Source: Acidobacteriota bacterium
Lineage (GTDB): Bacteria > Acidobacteriota > Thermoanaerobaculia > Multivoradales > UBA5704
Length of the DNA stretch: 64,000 nucleotides
Assembly (NCBI GenBank): GCA_040005235.1
Contig: JBDTZG010000010.1
Location: forward strand, 32,001 to 96,000
Direction: 5' to 3'
Shown here: positions 1-9,544 of the stretch, one piece after another
How positions within the stretch are numbered: position 1 is the stretch's first letter
How the letters are laid out: every line of letters begins with the position of its first letter
Translations under genes and position numbers: made by a program
Notes under the pieces: model-generated
What the model was told of the DNA's origin: nothing
What the model saw: the letters and a program-made list of their open reading frames with translations, nothing else
Databases searched by the model: none

Positions 1-1
1 C

Positions 2-547
2 GCAGGTTACCAGCCGGCCGGCGGCGCCGAGTATCCGGACGACGAGTTCGGCAACGCGATCAAATCGACCGCGGCGTTGATCAAAGCGCAGGTGGGTGTC
101 GAAGCCGCGACGATCGACCTGTCCGGCTGGGACAGCCATGAGGAGATGGGCGCGATCGACGGCGACCTCGCGGTCCTGATGACCAGCCTTTCCCGCGGCC
201 TCGCAGCGTTCCACAAGGATCTCTTCACCAGCGGGTTCGATCGCGTGGTGGTCACCGTGCAGTCGGAGTTCGGACGGAACGCAAACGAAAACGCCAGCCG
301 CGGCTGCGATCACGGCCACGGCGGAGCGATGATCGTCCTCGGCGGCCAAGTCGCCGGAGGGCGCATCCTCGCCGACTGGCCCGGTTTGGCGCCCGATAAG
401 CTCTACGAAGAGCAGGACCTGCAGATCACGATCGACTACCGGGACATCCTCGCCGAGATTCTCCAGAAACGTCTCGGCAATACGAATTTGGCGGCGGTGT
501 TCCCTGATCCGGGATACAGCCCAAGCTTCAAGGGTGTGATTCGGTAG
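2..547 (+). CDS. DUF1501 family protein, C-terminal part (runs off the left edge)
   Basis: Motifs GWDSH, SEFGR, DHGHG and IDYRD typical of DUF1501. Confidence 0.85.
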   Translation, partial: AGYQPAGGAEYPDDEFGNAIKSTAALIKAQVGVEAATIDLSGWDSHEEMGAIDGDLAVLMTSLSRGLAAFHKDLFTSGFDRVVVTVQSEFGRNANENASRGCDHGHGGAMIVLGGQVAGGRILADWPGLAPDKLYEEQDLQITIDYRDILAEILQKRLGNTNLAAVFPDPGYSPSFKGVIR

Positions 548-551
548 ATTG

Positions 552-953
552 CTACTGCCGAGCATCCTGGCGCTGCACCGAGCCAGGCCAGTCAAGAATC
601 TTCTGATCGGCGGTCAACAGTCGGTCACCCCGCAATAAGGCCGTCGAGGTGATCAAGCGATCGGCAGGATCGCCATGAAATTCCTCGAGCGACGCGGCGG
701 CGATCCCGATCCCGCCATCGACGACGATCTCTCGTACGCCGGCCGACAAAAGATCCTGTCGCCAGGCATGAACCGGGATGGCAAGCTCGAGACGCCCCTT
801 CTCGATCAGCATCGCGGTTTCCCAGAACGAGATCGCCGAGACCCCAAGCTCACCCGCCTGGTGGGCTTCGTCAATGGCCGCCCGAGCTTCCACCCCAAGT
901 CTGGAATCTGCGCTGTCGAGCCAGATCAAGACGTGGGTGTCGAGCAGGATCAA
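552..953 (-). CDS. vapC: PIN-domain toxin (VapC family)
   Basis: N-terminal LLDTHVLIW, HGDPADRLI and LLTAD motifs; overlaps the antitoxin by 4 nt. Confidence 0.9.
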   Translation of the reverse strand: MILLDTHVLIWLDSADSRLGVEARAAIDEAHQAGELGVSAISFWETAMLIEKGRLELAIPVHAWRQDLLSAGVREIVVDGGIGIAAASLEEFHGDPADRLITSTALLRGDRLLTADQKILDWPGSVQRQDARQ

Positions 954-1177
954 CGCTCGGCGTCCCAGGTTTCGTCAAGAGGCGACAGGATGTCACCGCA
1001 GATCGTCAGGGAACCGCGATGGCGCCCGAACAGAGACGACGATCGGTCCGGGTAGGGAGACAGCAAAGAGATTGGCTTGCCGTGCTTGGTAATCACGAGT
1101 TGCTCCCCGCTTTCTGTCACTTCTTCCATGAGTTGGAGGCACTTGGCCTTGAACTCAGAAGCCTTGATGGTTCGCAT
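950..1177 (-). CDS. Phd/YefM family antitoxin
   Basis: MRTIKASEFKAKCLQLMEEV...VITKHGKP; ATG at 1177 follows GGGAGG. Confidence 0.9.
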   Translation of the reverse strand: MRTIKASEFKAKCLQLMEEVTESGEQLVITKHGKPISLLSPYPDRSSSLFGRHRGSLTICGDILSPLDETWDAER

Positions 1178-1202
1178 AAGCCCTCCCGCGCCATCTTCCA
1201 CC

Positions 1203-1216
1203 ATGGTCACGACCAT
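1203..1216. promoter_or_regulatory. Palindrome ATGGTC-AC-GACCAT, probable TA autorepression operator
   Basis: Perfect 6-bp inverted repeat about 25 nt upstream of the antitoxin start. Confidence 0.55.
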
Positions 1217-1263
1217 AGTCAATATGCGCTGATTAGTCGGGTTCTCGGTCCTGCGCGCGGGTT

Positions 1264-2241
1264 TTACGGCGCTCCCTTCGTCCGCACGTACACCCCGTCG
1301 AACTCAGGGATCCAGCTTTTCCCCCGGTCGGCCGACCGCTCGATGAATTGGCGTACTCGGTCCGTGCCTTCGGCCGTGTAGGTCATGCGAAATCGGGCCG
1401 GCTTGCCGTCCGGGCCTTTGCCCTCGCGTAGAAAGCGGAGGGACGCGCCCTCCGCTTCGCCAGTCCACTCCTGCACCTCGCCCTTGGAATCGACGTAGCG
1501 TTGCGACCACTGCTTCGTCGACGCCGACCAGGCGCTCAAAGATTGGCCGGCGTAGGCGCCGTCGTTCTGGACGTAGTCTTCGTGGATCGCGCAGCCGTTC
1601 AAGATCGACGTGATGTGGCTGGTCGCCACCGACTTTCCCGCCGGAACCTGCACGTCCCAAACCCCGACCCAGAACCCGAGCTGGCCATACTCCGGAGATA
1701 CCGAGCAGGGATCGACCTTCTTCTTCACCTCCAGCACCAACTTGGCAAAGCGAAGATCGGAGCGGATCGGCTCGAAGTCGGGATCCTTCTCCACCACTTC
1801 GAGCCGTGTCAAGCCGAGCTTCACCGCCTTGGACAGCTCCGCGAGCGCGGCGTCTTTCTTTCCCCATCGAGAAAGCACTCGCGAGAGGCGCGTCGCGATC
1901 GCCACAGGAGCGTACCCCGCGCTCCCCGCCTGGGTGTAGGTGTTGAACGCCTCCTGCCATTGCCCCAGCGCATGATGTGCGGCGCCGAGGTTGAACCAGG
2001 CTTGCGCGTTGCTCGGCCGCGCGAAGGTGATCGCTTCATAGGCCTCGATCGAGCCGGCCCAGTCTTTGGACTCAAACAGCGCGGCGGCTTTCGCTTCCGG
2101 CTCGCTCGGCGCCGCGGCGGGGGGATCTTGCGCCAAGCCCACCTGCCCCGCCAGCGCCCAGGACAAGACTCCAAGTACAAAACCCCGCATCGGACGCGCG
2201 TTGCTGACGAACATTTCGACCTCCTGGAAAGCGAAAAGCAC
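1264..2241 (-). CDS. Secreted TPR-containing protein with C-terminal beta-barrel-like domain; exact start uncertain
   Basis: Signal-like N-terminus, TPR helices (AQAWFNLGAAHHALG), FWVGVWDV domain. Confidence 0.7.
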   Translation of the reverse strand: MLFAFQEVEMFVSNARPMRGFVLGVLSWALAGQVGLAQDPPAAAPSEPEAKAAALFESKDWAGSIEAYEAITFARPSNAQAWFNLGAAHHALGQWQEAFNTYTQAGSAGYAPVAIATRLSRVLSRWGKKDAALAELSKAVKLGLTRLEVVEKDPDFEPIRSDLRFAKLVLEVKKKVDPCSVSPEYGQLGFWVGVWDVQVPAGKSVATSHITSILNGCAIHEDYVQNDGAYAGQSLSAWSASTKQWSQRYVDSKGEVQEWTGEAEGASLRFLREGKGPDGKPARFRMTYTAEGTDRVRQFIERSADRGKSWIPEFDGVYVRTKGAP

Positions 2242-2289
2242 CGGGCGCAGGATATCAAACCAGCCGGCCGGCCCCGGATCGCTACCGTC

Positions 2290-2889
2290 TCAGGAGCCTT
2301 CCTTCGGCGACCCTGGAAGATCGAGCCGAATCCGGCCGTCGCCCCCGAACCGGAGCCGGATCTCGCCGTCGCGATCGGTGCGTAAAACGCGAAGTCCGCG
2401 CGCGGCGAACCGCTCCAGCACCTCGGGCGAAGGATGGTAGTAGGGATTCTTCGGCCCGACCGAGATCAACGCCCAACGGGGATCGACCGCGTCGAGTAGG
2501 AATCCAGCCGACGAGGTTCGGCTGCCGTGGTGCGCCACTTTGAGCACGTCGGATCGCAGGCGTTCTTGCGGCAGATCGAGCAGGCGCAGCTCTCCTATCC
2601 GTTCGACGTCTCCGGTGAGCAGCACCCGCCGACCGTACACCTCGGCGGAGAGAATCAGCGAACGTTCGTTCTCGGCGGTTCCACCCCGTTCCACCTCCTC
2701 ACGCGATGGCCCGAGGACGCTCAGCCGCCAGCGCCCGACGCGGCCACGAGCCCCCGCGACGAACGTGCGGACCCGCGCGCCGGGGACCGAAAACAGCTCG
2801 CCCGCGCAGCCTTCCGCCGGCCAGCCCGGCGCGGTCCAGATCTCCCCAATGTCCAAATAGGACGAAAGATCGACCAGGCCTTGGCAGTG
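2290..2889 (-). pseudogene. comEC: 3' fragment of comEC/rec2 (metallo-beta-lactamase domain, HCQGLVDL...KVAHHGS...NPYYHP...RTDRDG)
   Basis: LLTGD, KVAHHGS, NPYYHP and RTD motifs; frame stays open up to the junction at 2890. Confidence 0.92.
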
Positions 2890-4451
2890 ATCTGATTGCC
2901 GTGCCTTTTTGCCAGGCCTTTGGGGGAAGGGGGGCTGGAGGGAGGGGTGCTCGACGGAGATGTCCCAAAGGGAGGGATGGTAGGCGGAGGTGTATAGGCG
3001 AGGTTGATTTCGATCTCCCCCTTGCCTACGACGATCCGCTCGACCACCTGCTCCACGATTTGCCTCCGATCCTCAAAGGGAAGCTGCGGCCATCGGGCAT
3101 ACAGAGACCCCGCTTCGACGACAAAGCCGGCAGCGGAGACCTGCTGGATCTTGAGGAAGTCAACCTCCCCCTGAAGGCGAGGAATCTCGGTATCGAGCTG
3201 GGAGGCTCGTTCCTCAAGCGGACGGTGGCGCTCCCCAAACGACTTGGTTGAGAGCCCCTCGTCCTGATAGAGCCGGTAGAGCTTGTCCATTTCAGAGGAC
3301 ACTCGGGTGCGCTCCCGCAAGAGCGCTACTAAGAGATCCTCCTTCTGGCACAGTGCCTCATCTCCTTCCGAGAGGTATGCCGCGACCTCCTGAGGGTCGA
3401 GGAAAAAGTCTCGGAGCTTTTCGTGAAAGACCTGCTCAAGGTCCGCAGTCGGGATCTTGTTATGACACCCTCCCAGCCTGCTGTTGCAGATGTACTTCGG
3501 GCTGTTGGACGGGACGCGCATCTTCCGGCCACAGGAGCAGAAGGTGACGCCAGTGAAGAGGTGAACCGCCGGGCGGCCTGTCCGCTTCACCTTGGCGAGG
3601 CGGTCTTTGAGGTATGCGTTGCACTCTTCCCAGATCTCCTCGGACACCACCGGCTCAACGTTGGTCCATACCCATTCGTGCTCGGGCTTGATGAGTCGCT
3701 TCACGCCGTCGCTGCGGGAGTAGTTGGCGCGATGGAGCCCCTTGGCGACCGGGTTGGTGAGGAGTTCCCGGATGGTCATGTCCGCGAACAGTTGCCCCTT
3801 CCTCGTCCGATATCCAGCCTCGTTGAGGAGGCGGGCAACCCGGCCGATGAGACGATGCTCCCGGAAGAGTTCAAAGACGAGCTTCAGAATCGGAGCTTCG
3901 CTCGGATCGGGCATTAGCCGCGCCTTGTTCTCCCAGCGGTATCCATAGGGAGCCTTCCCCGCGACTGGTTTCCCTAACTTGGCCCGGATCGGCACCGATG
4001 CCGCTATCCGGGCGGAGATTTCCTCTCGCTCCCACTCGGCAAGGGCCGCGATGAGCGTGTAGAAGAAGCGGCCGGCCGGGCTTGAGGTGTCGATCGACTC
4101 CGCGAGGGAGATGAGGTCGGCCCCTTCCCGCCGGAAGATGTCGGCGAACTCCAGAAGCTCCTTGGTGTTTCGAGCCAACCGAGCGAGCTTCGAGAAGATG
4201 AGGCCGGTGATCGTGCCTTCCCGTACGTCGGCAAGCATCTCGATCGCTTCGGGCCGGCCCATAACGGACTTCCCTGAGATCGCATCGAGCCGGTACACCT
4301 TGGCGACAGTCCAGCCCTTCATCTCGGCGTACATCCGGGCGCGAGCTTCATGGGTCTCCGGGCTCTCACCCTTGACCTGATCCTCGGTTGAGACCCGAAT
4401 CCAGAGTCCTACTTGTTTGCCTCCTATGCTATTTGGCTCCTGCAGTTTCAT
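2721..4451 (-). CDS. Large serine recombinase (integrase); last 56 aa read out of frame into comEC in the integrated state
   Basis: WIRVST catalytic motif, SKLARLARN, recombinase domain, CSCG...C zinc ribbon, coiled coil. Confidence 0.95.
   Translation of the reverse strand: MKLQEPNSIGGKQVGLWIRVSTEDQVKGESPETHEARARMYAEMKGWTVAKVYRLDAISGKSVMGRPEAIEMLADVREGTITGLIFSKLARLARNTKELLEFADIFRREGADLISLAESIDTSSPAGRFFYTLIAALAEWEREEISARIAASVPIRAKLGKPVAGKAPYGYRWENKARLMPDPSEAPILKLVFELFREHRLIGRVARLLNEAGYRTRKGQLFADMTIRELLTNPVAKGLHRANYSRSDGVKRLIKPEHEWVWTNVEPVVSEEIWEECNAYLKDRLAKVKRTGRPAVHLFTGVTFCSCGRKMRVPSNSPKYICNSRLGGCHNKIPTADLEQVFHEKLRDFFLDPQEVAAYLSEGDEALCQKEDLLVALLRERTRVSSEMDKLYRLYQDEGLSTKSFGERHRPLEERASQLDTEIPRLQGEVDFLKIQQVSAAGFVVEAGSLYARWPQLPFEDRRQIVEQVVERIVVGKGEIEINLAYTPPPTIPPFGTSPSSTPPSSPPSPKGLAKRHGNQITAKAWSIFRPIWTLGRSGPRRAGRRKAARASCFRSPARGSARSSRGLVAASGAGG
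2890..2914. other. Left att junction (element-side arm ends in TTTTTGCCA)
   Basis: + strand ATCTGATTGCCGTGCCTTTTTGCCA; outer 9 bp are the inverse of TGGCAAAAA at the right junction. Confidence 0.85.
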
Positions 4452-4621
4452 GGATTGTCTCCATCTGCTCTAGGTTATGATTGCGTGAGGTAGAAAGAAC
4501 AGCATCCCGCGGTAAGAGTACGGATGATTTTCTCGCGCTCAAGGCGCCGAAAAGTGCCAGAACGGCATTCATTCAAGGATGATCCTCCGTCCGGCTACCT
4601 TTCGACGGAGACAAGGAGGTT

Positions 4622-4867
4622 TTGATGGACGCTAGCAATGTCACCAATAGCGTCGGACTCGTTCTCGATATCCTCGGCGCGTTTTTGGTCTGGCAGTACG
4701 GATTGCCGGCCGTAATGGAGCCTGGTGGAACTCGATACCGTAGCCGTTCCGGAAGTGACCCGGAAGGTCCGAGCACGGAGAAATTGCAATATCGAGCAAG
4801 ATCCAAGGCAGGTTTTGGTCTACTCATGGCGGGATTCATCTTGCAGTTGCTAAGCAATTTTCTCTAG
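4622..4867 (+). CDS. Small two-TM membrane protein
   Basis: AGGAGG RBS; two hydrophobic segments. Confidence 0.6.
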   Translation: MMDASNVTNSVGLVLDILGAFLVWQYGLPAVMEPGGTRYRSRSGSDPEGPSTEKLQYRARSKAGFGLLMAGFILQLLSNFL

Positions 4868-4896
4868 TGGCATCGTGGTTTTGGTTACGGAGAGGG

Positions 4897-5784
4897 ATGG
4901 ACATTCTGATGGCAAATGAACTCAAAGATCACAATGACGGTGAAAGGGACGGAGCCAATGCGTCATTCTTTGACGAAGTAGGATTGAATTGGAATCCGTT
5001 CCTATCTGAGGCCTATAAGAAGGGGTTTCGGAATGGCATGGCGAATAAACCCCGCAGAACGGCCAAGGAGTCATCACCCACGGCTTCGTCGAATGCATCA
5101 AGCGATGATGGACTGTGGCCTATCGCGTTAATCTTATACTTAGCTTTCGGCGTAGTATGGATCATATTTGTGATTATTGGATGGGCTATTAGTCGGCCTT
5201 GGCGATTTGCCGTTGGCGTGCTATTCGTATTATTTTTTGCAATATTACATGACATGGCATCCATACCTCAAGATTACTTTCTGCCATTCTCCAACTACAT
5301 CAACACTTTTCGCATATCTGACAATCCCACTCCGCCAGTTCCATCAACACCCATCCACAAAGAACCGGAACCATCGGATTCACCTTTCGTATCCCTTGGT
5401 CATTTTTCTGGCGACTCATATGAACTAGAGCTTTACCGAGACGATGAATCAGGCGGCCAAGTCATGGGCCTGATCACGGCTTTTCCTCAAGATGTCAGCA
5501 AAATGCCATCGGTAGGAGAGGTATACGATGTAGTAGGAACTGGCAGCGACGGACCACTGAGTTTCCGAACAACCTGGGTGGACTATTTGCCCTCTTTCAG
5601 AGGCAATGTAAACGGGGATCAAATCGAAGGCGACTATGACACGACCTTCGAGACCGAGCCGCGACACGTAATCTTCCGACGCTATACGCCTCAAGACGCC
5701 ACGACCTATGCCAACCGCGAGGAATGGTCTAAGCATGTCGCCGAGCAACTCGCATGTTGTGGACCAGGAACAACCGATCAGTAG
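4897..5784 (+). CDS. Hypothetical membrane protein
   Basis: Long ORF in an AT-richer region with two TM segments; start uncertain (4867, 4897 or 4909). Confidence 0.6.
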   Translation: MDILMANELKDHNDGERDGANASFFDEVGLNWNPFLSEAYKKGFRNGMANKPRRTAKESSPTASSNASSDDGLWPIALILYLAFGVVWIIFVIIGWAISRPWRFAVGVLFVLFFAILHDMASIPQDYFLPFSNYINTFRISDNPTPPVPSTPIHKEPEPSDSPFVSLGHFSGDSYELELYRDDESGGQVMGLITAFPQDVSKMPSVGEVYDVVGTGSDGPLSFRTTWVDYLPSFRGNVNGDQIEGDYDTTFETEPRHVIFRRYTPQDATTYANREEWSKHVAEQLACCGPGTTDQ

Positions 5785-5804
5785 AGGCTTCGGGTTCCTG
5801 CCGC

Positions 5805-8800
5805 TCACTCCTCCTTCTGAAGTCTGCTCATGCTGCGCGCCAGGATTTCGGCGACTCGGTTGGAGCGCCCGTCTCCCGGGTGTTGGTAGCGGACTTTCAC
5901 CTTGTACCCGGCAACCACGTCTTCTTGCTCCTCAGCCGGCTGACCTGAAAGCCATGCAAGAAGTTCCTCCGGAGTGAATATATGGACGCGCCCGAGATCC
6001 TCAGCCGAAAGCGCCTCTGCAAGCGCTTCGCGGAGCTTTGAGAGGCGCCCCTTCTTGAGGGAAACCATGGCGACTTTCTGAAAGCCTGCCGCCAGACACT
6101 TCCTGACGTTCCCGACCTCATACTCAAGAGGTGTGGTAATCGAGATCTCGCAGGCGATGCGTGCGTCCCCCCGATACAGCGCGACATCGATGCTCTCTCT
6201 GCCGCCGGCAATCTGCTCCTCCACCACTGCTCGGAAGCCCTGCTCTTGCGCCCACCGCTTGATGAGTTCTTGGAGGTAGGTATGCTCCGGCCCTCCCTTG
6301 CCCGGTCGGCGTGGCTCGAAAGGCGGCTCCTTCTGAAGACCATCCGCTTTCGAATGTTGAAGCGGCGGCGTCCCCGCTTCGCGAGCCGGCGTCACGGGAG
6401 GCGTTTCAGCCCTTGGTGCTGGTGCATCTCCTTTCCGCGGCTCTTCGGGTGAAGGACTCGGCCGCGCTGTAGCTTCCTCTGAGCGCCGGGCGCCCCACCG
6501 CGAGAGCGACCGGACCCGAATCTCCCGGCGTCGTGCGTCCCGTGCTTCAGGGTCCTCTCGCTTGGCATAGACCGTACGAAGGTTGAAGTCCTGCTCCTTC
6601 CGGCCGACCCGGCATACAGCCTCGCCGGTGCCGAGGTTCCCCAGATCGTCCGCCTCGAAGAAGGAGAACCCTTGCGCCAATGTGCGAGCGTCTTCGTCTC
6701 CCAGGCGGAAACAGATCCTGGTATATGCGTTCCCCAACACCGCCCGCTCCACTTCGGGGACGGTGCTATGGAGCTGGTAGAGGTCTTGGTGAGCGACAGT
6801 CAGGCCGAGACGGTATTTGCGGGCGCCGGAGAAAAGCGCCGCCATGGAGGGTGTCGCCAGGTTGTGGAACTCGTCGAGATAGAGGTAGAAGGGCTCGCGG
6901 GCCGATTCCGGTTGGTCCTGCCGCAGGAGGCAAACCTGGTGGAGCTTGGAGACCAGGAGCGAGCCGAGAAGCGCCGCATTCTCTTCGCCGATAGCGCCCT
7001 GTGAGAGCTTGGCGAGAAGAATCCGCCGGTCATCGACGACGCTCCGGAAGTCCAGGGGCTTCTCGACCGCGGTCACCACGCCGCGCAGAAGCCTTCCGCG
7101 CAGGATTGTATCGAGCCGCGTGAGGATCGATGCCTGAGGTTTGCCCGAGAGCATCGGAAACTCGGTCGTCCAGAAGTTCCGCGCGTACTCGTCTCGGACG
7201 GTTGTGAGGAACTCTCGCCTGAAGCTCGCATCCACCAGAAAGCGCCGGAGATCGAGGAGCGTCCCGCCCCGCTCTGACTCCAGGAAGGCGAGGATCGCGT
7301 TCGCCAGAACCGCCGTCATCTGGTCGCCCCAGGAGGTCGCGAGCCGCCGGAAGACCGCGACCAGATCCGAGGCGAGCATGTCTTTCTCGGCTTCGGAATG
7401 AGAGGAGAGCATGTTCCAGCCGACGACAAAGTCCGGCTCGGCAGGATCGAAGACAATCACGTCTTCCGCCCGGTTTTCGGGAATCGCCCCAAGTACCTCA
7501 TCGATGAGGTCACCGTGCGGGTCGATCACACCGACACCATGTCCCGCCGCAATGTCCTGGAGGATCATCGACACCAGAAGCGTTGACTTGCCAGTGCCCG
7601 AAGCGCCCACGACGTGCGTATGCCGCATGCGGGCGTCCGTCGAAAGCCGAGCTTCACGCTCCACTCCCGCGTGGACGTTGTATCCGAGAAAGATCCCACG
7701 AGAAAGCGCCTCGGCAGGAAGCGCCTTGGTGCGGGTGGTATCTCGATTCACACCTTCAATCGAGGGGGATGGCAGGTGTACCAGAGACACCAGCTCCGGG
7801 AGCGAGAGGAGCATGCCCGAGCGATGCGTTGTTCGCAGGATCACGTCGCCGAGCACTTCGTCGCTGCCGCCAATCCCGAATGGCACGAATTCGTTGTCGC
7901 CCCTGGTTGCACCCGAAAGCGCGCCGAGCGCGCCAGAGAGGAGGGTCCACAAACGCTCTTCTCTCTCTGCCCGGGCGACCAGACGGACAGCGACCGCGAA
8001 GAGCGGCGCGGACATCTTCTCTCTGGCGAGCTTGGTGACTTCGGGGGCGTCCGCGAAGAATGGATCGCCCGAAGGGGTGACCACCGAGCGAACCACGCTC
8101 TCCGCCCACGGCGCCCTCACCCCCTGAAAAAGGACTTGGAGAATTGCAACCTCGCCGGAAACGGTCTCCGCAAGCGCGCCAATGACCGCAGTCAAGGGGT
8201 CGAGCGAGAAGTTTCGGGGACGGTCAAGCGGCAGCATGAACTCGCGCGAGAGGCCAAGCTCGACGGCGGAGAAGACACCCTCGGCTCCCGCTTCCCATGC
8301 GTTCAAGAGGAGATCCGGTCCCTTCTCCAAAGCGATCTCCGGGAAGAAAGCTCGAAGTTGGGAGGACAGGATCGTGATCGCGTCACGTCGGGCGGTGAGG
8401 AGAACCGACACCCGCCCGCCCGAGCCGACCAGCTCCATCGACAGAGGCGAATGGACAGCAGCCAGACTCTTGAGCAAGCCTTCGGAGGCCGGTGCGGTGA
8501 CGGAGAGATCCTTTGGCAGGAGTAACCGTAGCTCGACAGGTTCTCCGTCCTCGTCGCCGCTCTCCGGCTCCGGCTCTTCGAGTTCGGGCGGAGGCGCCGG
8601 CTCCTCCCGTTTCTGAGAGAACCGTGCGAAGAAAGATGAGAGCCAGGTGTGATGCCTGCCGTCATCGACGGCAGGCGCGGTGTGACTCAGAAACCGGAAA
8701 GGAGTGAAGGGAGGCTCAAGAGAGACGGGGAACGGGTAGCTGTTTCGCCCGCGGCCCCGCCGCTCCCACCGGTAGAAGTGGCGGGTGCGCTCTTCAATGC

Positions 8801-8807
8801 TCGCCAT
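5805..8807 (-). CDS. VirD4/TraD-like (HerA/FtsK superfamily) ATPase with C-terminal PD-(D/E)xK-like domain
   Basis: Walker A GASGTGKS, IDPHGD, Walker B YLYLDEFH, ARKY and HQ motifs; C-terminal E...IDVAL...ACEIS. Confidence 0.85.
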   Translation of the reverse strand: MASIEERTRHFYRWERRGRGRNSYPFPVSLEPPFTPFRFLSHTAPAVDDGRHHTWLSSFFARFSQKREEPAPPPELEEPEPESGDEDGEPVELRLLLPKDLSVTAPASEGLLKSLAAVHSPLSMELVGSGGRVSVLLTARRDAITILSSQLRAFFPEIALEKGPDLLLNAWEAGAEGVFSAVELGLSREFMLPLDRPRNFSLDPLTAVIGALAETVSGEVAILQVLFQGVRAPWAESVVRSVVTPSGDPFFADAPEVTKLAREKMSAPLFAVAVRLVARAEREERLWTLLSGALGALSGATRGDNEFVPFGIGGSDEVLGDVILRTTHRSGMLLSLPELVSLVHLPSPSIEGVNRDTTRTKALPAEALSRGIFLGYNVHAGVEREARLSTDARMRHTHVVGASGTGKSTLLVSMILQDIAAGHGVGVIDPHGDLIDEVLGAIPENRAEDVIVFDPAEPDFVVGWNMLSSHSEAEKDMLASDLVAVFRRLATSWGDQMTAVLANAILAFLESERGGTLLDLRRFLVDASFRREFLTTVRDEYARNFWTTEFPMLSGKPQASILTRLDTILRGRLLRGVVTAVEKPLDFRSVVDDRRILLAKLSQGAIGEENAALLGSLLVSKLHQVCLLRQDQPESAREPFYLYLDEFHNLATPSMAALFSGARKYRLGLTVAHQDLYQLHSTVPEVERAVLGNAYTRICFRLGDEDARTLAQGFSFFEADDLGNLGTGEAVCRVGRKEQDFNLRTVYAKREDPEARDARRREIRVRSLSRWGARRSEEATARPSPSPEEPRKGDAPAPRAETPPVTPAREAGTPPLQHSKADGLQKEPPFEPRRPGKGGPEHTYLQELIKRWAQEQGFRAVVEEQIAGGRESIDVALYRGDARIACEISITTPLEYEVGNVRKCLAAGFQKVAMVSLKKGRLSKLREALAEALSAEDLGRVHIFTPEELLAWLSGQPAEEQEDVVAGYKVKVRYQHPGDGRSNRVAEILARSMSRLQKEE

Positions 8808-8815
8808 GCCTCACG

Positions 8816-9511
8816 CTACGCCGTGGCTGCCGCCTCGTCGGCGTCGGGCCGCAGCTCCTCGTCGCCGAGGCGCCTGAGTCCCTTCTCCTCCCGCAGATCG
8901 TTGATGACCTCGTTGACGGCCGAGCGCACGGAGTCTCGAAACATCATGGCGGTGTCGAGTCGGTAATACGTGAGGGGGTTGAAGAAGAACACGTACAAGC
9001 GGCCGATGATCGGGAGCATCATTACCCCCTCTTCGTCACCGATCAATCCCTCCTGCATCAGGTACCCCATCGAGAGGAGGACCATGGCGTACAGGATGTA
9101 TGGGATCACCAGAGCCACCAATACACCGCCGAGACCATCTGGCCTCATCAGCGAGGTCATGATGAGGAGAATCCCGGTGACGCATGCCGCCACGAAGAAG
9201 ATCCCGAGTGAAACCAGAATCCCAAACCTCGGAGGTACGCGGGCAAGCCACCAGGAGAAGAAGTGCCCGCCGCCATACGGCGCCGAGCAAATGTCGAAGG
9301 CAATCCGCTTCCGTCGGACCCGGAGGTACTCGCGTTCCGCCGTTCCGACACCACCCTCCTTGAATCGCTCGCGGGACATCGAGATTTCCGGAAGATTTCG
9401 TTCTCGGACCGCCTGCTCGACAGCTGCGTAAAAATCCTGGGTTGAGGTCGAGAAGCCCTCGAAGAGCATGTGCCAGTTGGACAGCACCAGTCCGTTAGGA
9501 TTGCTTGGCAT
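8816..9511 (-). CDS. Hypothetical membrane protein, co-transcribed with the VirD4-like gene
   Basis: GGAGG RBS, 2-3 TM segments, 8 nt gap to the downstream gene. Confidence 0.7.
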   Translation of the reverse strand: MPSNPNGLVLSNWHMLFEGFSTSTQDFYAAVEQAVRERNLPEISMSRERFKEGGVGTAEREYLRVRRKRIAFDICSAPYGGGHFFSWWLARVPPRFGILVSLGIFFVAACVTGILLIMTSLMRPDGLGGVLVALVIPYILYAMVLLSMGYLMQEGLIGDEEGVMMLPIIGRLYVFFFNPLTYYRLDTAMMFRDSVRSAVNEVINDLREEKGLRRLGDEELRPDADEAAATA

Positions 9512-9544
9512 TGCAGCCCTCCTCCGCTCTGAAGTGATATTCAG

